The notes: generated by a model from the sequence alone, not told the origin. 64,000 bases of DNA from an uncultured Ruminococcus sp. (GCA_902795355.1 CADBKZ010000006.1:22496-86495), one strand, 5' to 3'. Positions 18,361 through 25,854 are shown, counted from the first letter of the stretch. Translations and numbers: made by a program.

Positions 18361-18789
18361 CTATTCTTGAATCATCAGGTTTTCCCGCCTGCTTTCGCCG
18401 CCCTCGATATGGAACGCGTTCAGCACGGGCATTTCATCCGCCAGCGACAGAATGAAATACGTTGCGTTCCGGTCAAACGCGAGCCTTTTGTCCTCCTCGG
18501 ACGGGCGCGACGGAGTTGCGGGGTGGGAATGCCAATTCCCGAGCGGCGAAAGGCCGTTCCGGCGCATATCCCTGATTGCCGCGAGCTGTTCTTTCGGGTC
18601 GAGGCTGAAATGCTCGGGGCTGCGGTCGGTATTGGTCAGGAGATAAACCTTTTCAATCGTCCTTACGCCGCCCTTGTCCGTCCCCGCGACAAGCCCGCAA
18701 GCTTCGTTCGGCGCTTGCTTTTTCGCTTCATCGAGCATTCGCTCGTAGTCGGCGCGGTAAAGCCTGACCGTTTGAGGCATCCGCTCCAT
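18361..18789 (-). CDS. JAMM/MPN+ metalloprotease (Mec+/QbsD-like)
   Basis: NEACGLVAG plus HSHPATPSRPSEED (ExnHxHx7Sx2D JAMM motif). 142 aa. Confidence 0.85.
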   Translation of the reverse strand: MERMPQTVRLYRADYERMLDEAKKQAPNEACGLVAGTDKGGVRTIEKVYLLTNTDRSPEHFSLDPKEQLAAIRDMRRNGLSPLGNWHSHPATPSRPSEEDKRLAFDRNATYFILSLADEMPVLNAFHIEGGESRRENLMIQE

Positions 18790-18795
18790 ATGCGC

Positions 18796-19611
18796 TCACC
18801 CCTTTGCTTTCAGATCGCAGGCGGGCTGGTCGTAGTCGATCAGTTCCGTGATTGCCGGATGATCGGAACAGACCGCGCATCCCGCGCCCCTCGGGGGGAG
18901 CTTGACGGTATGAAAATTCATCGTCAGCGCGTCGAAAGTCAGGAGCTTTCCGGTGAGCAATTCCCCCGTTCCGGTGATGTATTTGACCGCTTCCAACGCT
19001 TGGAGCGACCCGATAACCCCCGCCATTGCGCCGACCACGCCCGCCTCGCGGCAGGTGGGAACCGCGCCCTTCGGCGGCGGATTTTTGAAAACGCAGCGGT
19101 AGCATGGGCTTTCATGCGGAATCACGGTGATCAGTTGCCCTTTGAAGCGGATGATCCCCGCGTGGGTAAACGGCTTGTTTGCCATTACGCAGGCGTCGTT
19201 GATCAGAAATTTTGCCGGAAAGTTGTCGGTGCCGTCGAGGACAAAATCGTAATCGGAAAGAAGATCGAGGATATTTTTGCTGTCGATAAACGCGTTGTAG
19301 GTTTGGACCTCGACATTCGGGTTGATGTCCCTCATCGTTTCCGCCGCAGACTCGACCTTCGGCTTGCCGAGGTCGTTTGTGGTATGGATGATCTGCCTTT
19401 GCAGGTTGGAAAGATCCACAACGTCCGCGTCGGCAATGCCGATTTTTCCCACGCCGGCGGCGGCAAGATACATGGCCGCAGGCGCGCCGAGCCCTCCCGC
19501 GCCGATGATCAGCACCTTCGCGGCGGCGAGCTTTTTCTGCCCCTTAACGCCGATCTCCTTCAATATGATGTGGCGGGAATATCGCTCCAGCTGTTCGTTC
19601 GTAAAGCTCAT
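18796..19611 (-). CDS. ThiF/MoeB/HesA-family E1-like adenylyltransferase
   Basis: YSRHIIL, IIGAGGLGAPAAMYLAAAGVG nucleotide loop, and zinc cysteines CYRC ... CAVC. The start overlaps the carrier-protein stop (ATGA). Confidence 0.9.
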   Translation of the reverse strand: MSFTNEQLERYSRHIILKEIGVKGQKKLAAAKVLIIGAGGLGAPAAMYLAAAGVGKIGIADADVVDLSNLQRQIIHTTNDLGKPKVESAAETMRDINPNVEVQTYNAFIDSKNILDLLSDYDFVLDGTDNFPAKFLINDACVMANKPFTHAGIIRFKGQLITVIPHESPCYRCVFKNPPPKGAVPTCREAGVVGAMAGVIGSLQALEAVKYITGTGELLTGKLLTFDALTMNFHTVKLPPRGAGCAVCSDHPAITELIDYDQPACDLKAKG

Positions 19612-19820
19612 GCCGCGCCTCCGCCCATGTAGTAGAGAAACTCCACTTCGTCGCCGTCCTTCAGCGTGCGGCTCGCAAAATCCTCGCGCAGGATGAACGC
19701 TTCGTTAACCGAAACGCTGACGTACTCCGGCATTTCCACGTTTTCAATGGAAAGAAGTTCTTCAACGGTCGTGTTTTCACGGATTTCCCGACGTTCTCCG
19801 CCGACGGTTATTCTGACCAT
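19608..19820 (-). CDS. ThiS/MoaD-type ubiquitin-like sulfur carrier ending GG-AA
   Basis: 70-aa beta-grasp-sized protein MVRITVGGERREI...DGDEVEFLYYMGGGAA. The C-terminus was re-read from DNA: ...ATG GGC GGA GGC GCG GCA TGA. Confidence 0.8.
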   Translation of the reverse strand: MVRITVGGERREIRENTTVEELLSIENVEMPEYVSVSVNEAFILREDFASRTLKDGDEVEFLYYMGGGAA

Positions 19821-19821
19821 T

Positions 19822-20196
19822 TCAATCTACCTCCGCTACGACTTCGATTTCAACAAGCGCGTTCTTGGGGAGCGCGGCGACTTCCACGCAGCTTCTTGCC
19901 GGCTTTCCGGCAAAATAGCTTGCGTATACCCCGTTGAAAGCGGCGAAATCGCTGATGTTTTTCAAGAAACAGGTTGTTTTTACAACGCGCGCAAGCGAGC
20001 TGCCGGACGCTTCAAGCACTGCCGCGAGATTTCGGATTACCTGCTTTGTTTGCGCCTCGATTCCCGACACCTCGATCGCCCCCGACAGGGGGTCGATCGG
20101 TATCTGACCGGATGTATACACAAATCCGTTTGCAACGATCGCCTGCGAATACGGCCCGATGGCGGCAGGGGCTTTTGGGGTTTCAATGATTTTCAT
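19822..20196 (-). CDS. ridA: RidA/YjgF-family reactive-intermediate deaminase
   Basis: MKIIETPKAPAAIGPYSQAIVANGFVYTSGQIPIDP...RSCVEVAALPKNALVEIEVVA. ATG 20196 has SD AGAGAGGA. Confidence 0.85.
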   Translation of the reverse strand: MKIIETPKAPAAIGPYSQAIVANGFVYTSGQIPIDPLSGAIEVSGIEAQTKQVIRNLAAVLEASGSSLARVVKTTCFLKNISDFAAFNGVYASYFAGKPARSCVEVAALPKNALVEIEVVAEVD

Positions 20197-20239
20197 ACCA
20201 TGCAATCCTCTCTTTATGGAATATTGGCGTTTCCCGCAG

Positions 20240-21376
20240 TTATGATTTCTCTTCATCGTAAGAATCGAGGAAAGAGTGAACGGTTCCGTTCTGTTTATAC
20301 CCGATCACCGTATCAAGGTTGACATTCCGAACGCTGTTGAAAAGATTGCTTTCCACAAAAGCGTTCGTTTTTTTCAATTCCCGTATCAGGTTTTTGATCT
20401 CCTGCCTTTTTGAGGCGGTTTCCGGATGGCAGGACGTACAGGTGTCGGTAAATTGACAGGCGCATTGAATGAAATGCAGATCGTTCTCGTCCCGCCAACG
20501 CTTAATGTCGTCCTCGCGGATGAAATACATGGGGCGGATCAGCTCCATTCCTTCAAAGTTGGAGCTGTGGAGCTTCGGCATCATGGTCTGCACCTGACCG
20601 CCGTAAAGCATTCCCATCAGAATGGTCTCAATCACGTCGTCGTAATGATGGCCGAGCGCAATTTTGTTGCACCCGAGTTCCTTGGCCTTGTGGTACAAAT
20701 ACCCTCTGCGCATTCTCGCGCAAATGTAGCACGGTGATTTTTCAATATGCAGAACGGAATTGAAAATGTCCGATTCAAAAACGGTAATCGGAATGTTCAA
20801 GCGTTCCGCGTTTTTCTCTATAATTGCGCGGTTTTCCGCGCTGTAACCGGGGTCCATCACAAGAAAGACGACTTCAAACGGAAATTTGTTGTGCTTTTTG
20901 AGCTCCTGAAACAGTTTTGCCATCAGCATACTGTCCTTCCCGCCCGAAATGCAAACCGCAATTTTGTCGTTTTCCCGAATCAACCGATATTCCCGAACGG
21001 CGGCGACGAATTTGCTCCAAATGGTCTTTCTGAACTTCTTTTCAATGCTTTTTTCAACGTCCGCAGCCTTTTGCCGGTCGGATTTCAGGTTTTCAAGCAT
21101 GAATCCGTAATAGCCCTCTTTCAGGTTGGCGGCGCGAAGCCCCGTTTCGCGCAGTTCCTGCGCGACGGCCTCGCTCACAACGCCGCTTTTACACATCACG
21201 ATATAAAGCGTATCGCGGTCAAATCCGGCGGCCGCGCGCCTGACTTCTTTCAGCGGGATATTGACCGCTCCCGCGATGCTTCCGTACCGGAAATCGGTTT
21301 CATCCCGAATGTCGATGATCCGATAGGTTTCCGTAATCGCGCCGAGCTCCTTTACACTGATCTCTTCCATTGCCAT
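20240..21376 (-). CDS. rhodanese domain fused to TtcA/TtuA-family PP-loop ATP pyrophosphatase (thiolation enzyme)
   Basis: N-terminal rhodanese loop MCKSGVVS, PP-loop CISGGKDS, CYIC, GHHYDDVIETILMGMLYGG, and a C-terminal Cys cluster CACQFTDTCTSC. Confidence 0.8.
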   Translation of the reverse strand: MAMEEISVKELGAITETYRIIDIRDETDFRYGSIAGAVNIPLKEVRRAAAGFDRDTLYIVMCKSGVVSEAVAQELRETGLRAANLKEGYYGFMLENLKSDRQKAADVEKSIEKKFRKTIWSKFVAAVREYRLIRENDKIAVCISGGKDSMLMAKLFQELKKHNKFPFEVVFLVMDPGYSAENRAIIEKNAERLNIPITVFESDIFNSVLHIEKSPCYICARMRRGYLYHKAKELGCNKIALGHHYDDVIETILMGMLYGGQVQTMMPKLHSSNFEGMELIRPMYFIREDDIKRWRDENDLHFIQCACQFTDTCTSCHPETASKRQEIKNLIRELKKTNAFVESNLFNSVRNVNLDTVIGYKQNGTVHSFLDSYDEEKS

Positions 21377-21388
21377 CGTCGCCCTCTG

Positions 21389-22225
21389 TTAAACCAAGGA
21401 TCGGACCGTTTTCTCGATCCATTCCGCAACGGTTTTGGCCAATTTCATTCTTTGTCCGGCAAAGCTATGCGTGCTGACAATCGTTTGATACGTGACCGGA
21501 GCGGACATTTCTTTCAGCCTTTCCGAAAGCGGGCGCATCATTTTGTCGGCGGGCGCGACGGAGTCGAGCGACGCCTCGACGAGCAGGACGGGATGCTCCG
21601 ACAGGCGTTCGTACCGATTGAGAATTCCGAGTTCATCCCGATGCCCCAACGCGTTTTCGTAAACTTCCGCGGCGGAATCCATTTTCAGGCATTGGCCCTC
21701 TGTTTCAATCATAAGTAACAGTTCCTTTTCCATCCGGTATCGGAACGCCGCATCAATGTCGTAGGCGGCAAGGGCCGCCACGCCCCGAATGAACGGCAGG
21801 TCCTTCGCCGCGTTCAGCACCGTTTGACCGCCCATGCTATGCCCGACAAGGAAGATGTTTTCAGGGTCAATCCCGTACCGATCGGCGATCGCCCGATTGC
21901 GCGCCCATTTGGTAATCGCAACCAGATCGTCCTTCAGGTTCGTGAACAGATAACGCCCCTCGCTGCCCCATGCGCCTCTGTGGTTCATATGAATTACGAC
22001 GCATCCGGCGCGCATCAGCGCAAGCTCCAGATCGTTATTTGTGGTGTATCCGGGAAACCCATGGGACATCACCACGGCCGGATACGGCTTTTCCATTCTT
22101 TGATCGGGCGCGAGAAGATACCCGTACAGCCGGCATCCGCCGCTGACGATATTCAGCTCATAGACCTCGGGGGAAGAACCCGCTTCGTCGCCTTCAAATT
22201 CAACAAAAATATTTTCAGCTTTCAT
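21389..22225 (-). CDS. alpha/beta-hydrolase (serine hydrolase), 278 aa
   Basis: Start at MKAENIF (ATG 22225). Nucleophile elbow GHSMGG, and HGFPG near the N-terminus. Confidence 0.7.
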   Translation of the reverse strand: MKAENIFVEFEGDEAGSSPEVYELNIVSGGCRLYGYLLAPDQRMEKPYPAVVMSHGFPGYTTNNDLELALMRAGCVVIHMNHRGAWGSEGRYLFTNLKDDLVAITKWARNRAIADRYGIDPENIFLVGHSMGGQTVLNAAKDLPFIRGVAALAAYDIDAAFRYRMEKELLLMIETEGQCLKMDSAAEVYENALGHRDELGILNRYERLSEHPVLLVEASLDSVAPADKMMRPLSERLKEMSAPVTYQTIVSTHSFAGQRMKLAKTVAEWIEKTVRSLV

Positions 22226-22257
22226 TTTGCACGCTCGCTCTGATGTTTTTGCGGGAT

Positions 22258-22473
22258 TCAGCGCACAAACGGAGCGGTATACTCCGCGTTGATCTCGCGC
22301 AATTCCTTCTTCCCGTCGATATATGCCTGATAAATACCGTCGATCCTTCCGCCGCCGCGATTGTCGCATCCGGAGCAGAACTCGCACTCCAACCCACAAT
22401 CGCCGAAGAGCGCGCGGCGCACGATTTCCTCGCGCTCTTCCCGCGTTGTATCTTGAATCAGAATCGATTTCAT
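22258..22473 (-). CDS. small Cys-rich protein (CX3CX2CX2C), 71 aa, function unknown
   Basis: SD GGGAGGAAA before ATG 22473. MKSILIQDTTREEREEIVRRALFGDCGLECEFCSGCDNRGGG... has charged, coding-like composition. Confidence 0.6.
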   Translation of the reverse strand: MKSILIQDTTREEREEIVRRALFGDCGLECEFCSGCDNRGGGRIDGIYQAYIDGKKELREINAEYTAPFVR

Positions 22474-22512
22474 CGTTTCCTCCCGTTATTGGTTCCGAAA
22501 CTGTCCGGCTCT

Positions 22513-23031
22513 TTATTTTGTGGGCCCCGCCCAAGAGGCAAAGGTCGATCTCATAGCGGCAAGAGCCGCCGTCGGAACCGTAATTTCATCGTCTCCTATG
22601 GAAACGCCGTCGATCGGCCACGGATTGCACCCGCCCGCCGCGATGCCGACCTTTTCCGGCTCGAAAGTGAATCCGCAGTTTGTGCATTTCAGAACATCGC
22701 CGCTCTGCTGATAGTATGCCTTCGGAGAAGGCGAACAATTCTGGCAGGTATTGAAGGCGATATGCACGCCGCCCGCTTTATCCCGCAGAGCCACGAGCTG
22801 AACGCTAACGCCGTCCGCATCATAGTTGAAGAATCGCGCCGTTTGAGAAACGCCCTCGGCAGGGATTGTTACGGTACCGTTTTCATCTGCCCGCAGTTCC
22901 GTATACTTCACGTAATTTGTCTCGGCATCCGCGTTTTCGCCGGCCGGCTGATTGCCGTTTGAGCAGGCGGAAAAAACAATACACGCCGCAATCAGCGCAA
23001 GCGCGATGCGGATCGGTTTTTTCATCTTCAA
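22513..23031 (-). CDS. lipoprotein with Cys4 zinc-ribbon-like motif (DUF2318-like)
   Basis: Lipobox IVFSACSNG. NTCQNCSPS ... LKCTNCGFTF provides CxxC...CxxC. Confidence 0.55.
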   Translation of the reverse strand: MKMKKPIRIALALIAACIVFSACSNGNQPAGENADAETNYVKYTELRADENGTVTIPAEGVSQTARFFNYDADGVSVQLVALRDKAGGVHIAFNTCQNCSPSPKAYYQQSGDVLKCTNCGFTFEPEKVGIAAGGCNPWPIDGVSIGDDEITVPTAALAAMRSTFASWAGPTK

Positions 23032-23060
23032 TTCTGCTTCCCCCCGTTTTTTTGAAAGAT

Positions 23061-24374
23061 TTATTGAAAATAGCTTCTATCGTCGGTTACCCGAATGCGG
23101 TTCGCTATCATATTCATCCAGCAGGTGTAAACAAAATCGCCTTCCTCGGTCGGCGTAAATTCAATCACGTTATCTCCCGCCGAAAGCGGCACGTCAAAAC
23201 CGAAGTCGCGGCTGACAATCTCGTTGTTGCATCCGGTAATCTTTCCCTCGTCCGCGTGAACGGTGATCCTCACCGGAATGCCTTTCTGCACAATGATGTC
23301 GGCATAGGAATCAAAGTCGAGGTCAAACTCCGCGGTCTGAATGCCGTCCTCAACCGTGGCTGTGATATATCCGTCGTACTTCGACGGAACAACGCTTGCA
23401 ATGTCCGCGCCGAGGGAGCGCAGCCCCCGATTCAACATAGAGACGGAGAGAATCACCATAAGCACGGCGGCGACCTTCCCGATCACGATTTTGGCCTTGC
23501 CCCGCGACAGGTTCAGCGCGGCGCCGGAAAAGAGCATCAGCGGTACTGTGCCGAGCGCAAAGAGGGCCATGGAGAGCGCTCCGCACCAAAAGCTGCCGGT
23601 GGACAGGGCATAGATCTGCATCGCTTGAAGCGGGCCGCACGGCATAAGCCCGTTGAGAAGCCCCAGCACGAACGCGCCGCGCCGTTTCCCGCCGGTTCGG
23701 ATTTTGAAAACATGCGGGAGATGAAAAGAGAGGAACCCAAGCATCGACAACGCCATGAGCAGCATAACGATGGCGGCGACAAGGATTACGACGCCGCGAA
23801 CGGTCGCACTTACGCTAAACGCGCTGCCGACAAGCCCCACAACGCCGCCTGTTACGGTGTAGGAAAGCACGCGTCCGGCGTTATACAGAAGCGGGCGTTT
23901 GAAGCTCCGCACGGAATTGGATTCGGAGGATGCGAGAATCCCGATTGCGCCGCACATACTGACGCAGTGAATGCTCGTCAGCAATCCGGTAACAAACAAC
24001 ATTCCGTAGGATAAGCTGCTGTCAACGGCGGGAATCGCATTGAAAACGTTATACCCGAAAAGATAACGAACGCCGAAGATCAGGAGCAGGATTGCGGCGG
24101 CGATCAGCAAAAATTCATACCACCGCATCGCGCGCGCAACTTTTGTCCGGTTTGTGCTGGCCCTGTTTTCATCCGTTTCATAACCGAGCTTCCGAATCGC
24201 ATCGACAAGTTCGGCGACGGACGGAAGGTTTTTTCCGGACACCTGTGCGACATTTCGGCGGATGGAAACCGATTCAACGCCTTCAAGCGTTTTCAGAGCC
24301 AACGTAATCGTTTCAACGCAATGCTCGCAGTAGATCCCGTCGATACGGACAAACAATTTTTGAATTGAATCCAT
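23061..24374 (-). CDS. HMA domain - DsbD_2/TauE-like membrane domain - cupredoxin-like domain protein
   Basis: Start at MDSIQKLF (ATG 24374). HMA metal motif GIYCEHC, TM region with HCVSMCG and MPCGPLQ, and a C-terminal GIPVRITVHADEGKITGCNNEIV...FVYTCWMNMI cupredoxin-like fold. Confidence 0.65.
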   Translation of the reverse strand: MDSIQKLFVRIDGIYCEHCVETITLALKTLEGVESVSIRRNVAQVSGKNLPSVAELVDAIRKLGYETDENRASTNRTKVARAMRWYEFLLIAAAILLLIFGVRYLFGYNVFNAIPAVDSSLSYGMLFVTGLLTSIHCVSMCGAIGILASSESNSVRSFKRPLLYNAGRVLSYTVTGGVVGLVGSAFSVSATVRGVVILVAAIVMLLMALSMLGFLSFHLPHVFKIRTGGKRRGAFVLGLLNGLMPCGPLQAMQIYALSTGSFWCGALSMALFALGTVPLMLFSGAALNLSRGKAKIVIGKVAAVLMVILSVSMLNRGLRSLGADIASVVPSKYDGYITATVEDGIQTAEFDLDFDSYADIIVQKGIPVRITVHADEGKITGCNNEIVSRDFGFDVPLSAGDNVIEFTPTEEGDFVYTCWMNMIANRIRVTDDRSYFQ

Positions 24375-24453
24375 GGCATTCGTTTCTTTCCTTGAATCGG
24401 ATCGTCTGTTTTTACGGCATATAAAGCCCATCTGGATAGTATGTTACTAGGTA

Positions 24454-24482
24454 ATTATACTATGGCAAGAGAGAACAGTCAA
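24454..24482 (-). promoter_or_regulatory. sigma-A type promoter of the HMA-to-sulfur-relay gene string
   Basis: Minus strand TTGACT (24482-24477), 17 nt, TATAAT (24459-24454). Inverted repeat TAGTA-N3-TACTA (24449-24437) lies just downstream of the -10. Confidence 0.65.
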
Positions 24483-24518
24483 TATGAAATCTTCATACTG
24501 AAAAAAATTTACAAATCA

Positions 24519-24568
24519 GACACAAAAAACAAAAACAAAGGCACATTTCTCTGTTCGAAATGTGCCTT
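24519..24568 (-). terminator. rho-independent terminator after the 43-codon ORF
   Basis: AAGGCACATTT / AAATGTGCCTT 11-bp stem (24568-24538), followed on the minus strand by TGTTTTTGTTTTTTGTG. Confidence 0.8.
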
Positions 24569-24588
24569 AAATCAGAAATTCCGATTGT

Positions 24589-24720
24589 TTACTCCACAAA
24601 ATTTTTCCACTTCATGGAATCAACTTCCGTCGGCCGGCTGGCCGAAAGAACATCGGTGCGAAGCTCGTCCGCCGTAAAGACGATCAGCGAAAAATCGGGT
24701 GTTTGATATGTTTTCTTCAT
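24589..24720 (-). CDS. small ORF, 43 aa (MKKTYQTPDFSLIVFTADELRTDVLSASRPTEVDSMKWKNFVE)
   Basis: Own translation. SD GGAGGAGGAG lies 6 nt before ATG 24720, 27 nt after the upstream stop, and a terminator follows. A paralogous ORF sits at 34640..34783 in the same context. It is below the size cut-off of the ORF track. Confidence 0.55.
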   Translation of the reverse strand: MKKTYQTPDFSLIVFTADELRTDVLSASRPTEVDSMKWKNFVE

Positions 24721-24747
24721 AATAGTCTCCTCCTCCGATCGCAGTGC

Positions 24748-25854
24748 TTACGAAAGCGCAACGACGACGGTTTTTCCGTTATAAACCGTTCCGTTTTGGT
24801 CGGTAATGCGGGGAGTTACCGAGAACGTTACCGCAACGTCCTCGGGAATCTCGGTCAGATCGAACAGCGCAAAGCAGTAATCGTCCGCGGCGTTCACGGG
24901 TTCGCCGTCGGCAAGGATTTTCTCGTAAACCGTGTAGGTGTCGAAGCTCTTTTCCAAAACGGCAACGGGCGTAAGATGTTCGCTGTCGGTATAGCTTGCG
25001 GAAACGGCGAACGAAACCTTTTGGGCGTCCGCAACCAATTCCTGCTTAATATCCGCAACAAACCGCACATCATAGGAACCCGCGCCGTCCATCTTCTTGG
25101 TCTGGTATCCGTTCAGTCGGATCGCTTCCTCGCAATAAGCGCGGGCAAAATCAACGCTGTAAACGGTTTCGGAAGCGGTTGTGACGGAAAGCGTTTTGAA
25201 CACGCCGCCGCGCGCCCGATTGGCGTTGGGGTTATCGATGGTAAAACCGAAATCGCCGACTGTGGCGTCGATCTGATAACCGGTGTTTTCCCAAACGATC
25301 CCATCGCAGGTCAGAACGATCTTATTGAGCTTTCCGCTTTCCACGGTGAATTGGTAGGTAACGTCCTTGCCGCTCGTAATGCACGGGCCGATCTGCCTTG
25401 CAATGGCGCGGTCGCGCGTTGCGTAGCTGTTCCAATAAATTTCAGTTTCGGACATGTAGCGGGCAAGCGTACCGGAAGCAAACCAATTTCGATAATCCGG
25501 AGTTGCCGCGCTGCCGTAGCCAACCGAGAAATTCCACCCGTTTGCGGCCGCCTCGGCATCCACCGCGAGGCAGAATGTAATGGTATAGTTTTCCAGAGCG
25601 GCAAGTCGATTGCCCTCGGAAGAAATACGGATGCCGCTTGAAAGGTTGGTTTGCGCCGGCATTCTGCACGCAAATCCGTTTTTGGTCAATTTGCTGTAAA
25701 AGTCTTTCGAGTCGCTTTCGCCGTTGGTAAAGGGGGTTACGGAAACCGCAATGGGGTCTTCCGGCGGGTCGTCGGCGGACACCGAAACGGTGAACGGCGC
25801 GGCGAGCATCAACGCCATGATCGCCGCAAGGACAAGGGGTAAAACGCGTTTCAT
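24748..25854 (-). CDS. secreted protein of unknown function, 368 aa, C-terminal domain shared with 34798..36540
   Basis: Signal peptide MKRVLPLVLAAIMALMLAAPFTVSVSA (ATG 25854). C-terminus ...YDVRFVADI...FAVSASYTD...TVYEKIL...DLTEIPEDVAVTFSVTPRITDQNG. Confidence 0.7.
   Translation of the reverse strand: MKRVLPLVLAAIMALMLAAPFTVSVSADDPPEDPIAVSVTPFTNGESDSKDFYSKLTKNGFACRMPAQTNLSSGIRISSEGNRLAALENYTITFCLAVDAEAAANGWNFSVGYGSAATPDYRNWFASGTLARYMSETEIYWNSYATRDRAIARQIGPCITSGKDVTYQFTVESGKLNKIVLTCDGIVWENTGYQIDATVGDFGFTIDNPNANRARGGVFKTLSVTTASETVYSVDFARAYCEEAIRLNGYQTKKMDGAGSYDVRFVADIKQELVADAQKVSFAVSASYTDSEHLTPVAVLEKSFDTYTVYEKILADGEPVNAADDYCFALFDLTEIPEDVAVTFSVTPRITDQNGTVYNGKTVVVALS

Noticed and set aside
17286-19820. 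Ubl + E1 + JAMM trio as a ubiquitin-like conjugation or anti-phage system (Bil/Bub/CBASS-Cap2/Cap3-like).
   Set aside because: There is no E2-like gene and no effector, cyclase or target gene. The E1 is a short ThiF/MoeB type, and the partners are rhodanese, TusA, DsrE and a PP-loop thiolase. All of this points to sulfur transfer rather than protein conjugation.
24441-24677. 78-aa plus-strand ORF in the intergenic region upstream of the HMA gene.
   Set aside because: It spans a promoter, a terminator hairpin and the antisense of the 43-codon ORF. It has no SD and an AT-rich, low-complexity start.
24589-24720. Calling the two small ORFs (here and at 34640..34783) RiPP precursors, because of the Y-x-x-P-like N-terminal motif.
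   Set aside because: No radical-SAM, cyclodehydratase, lanthionine synthetase, RRE-containing protein, peptidase or exporter gene lies near either copy. The motif is present in only one of the two. They are kept as unknown-function small ORFs.
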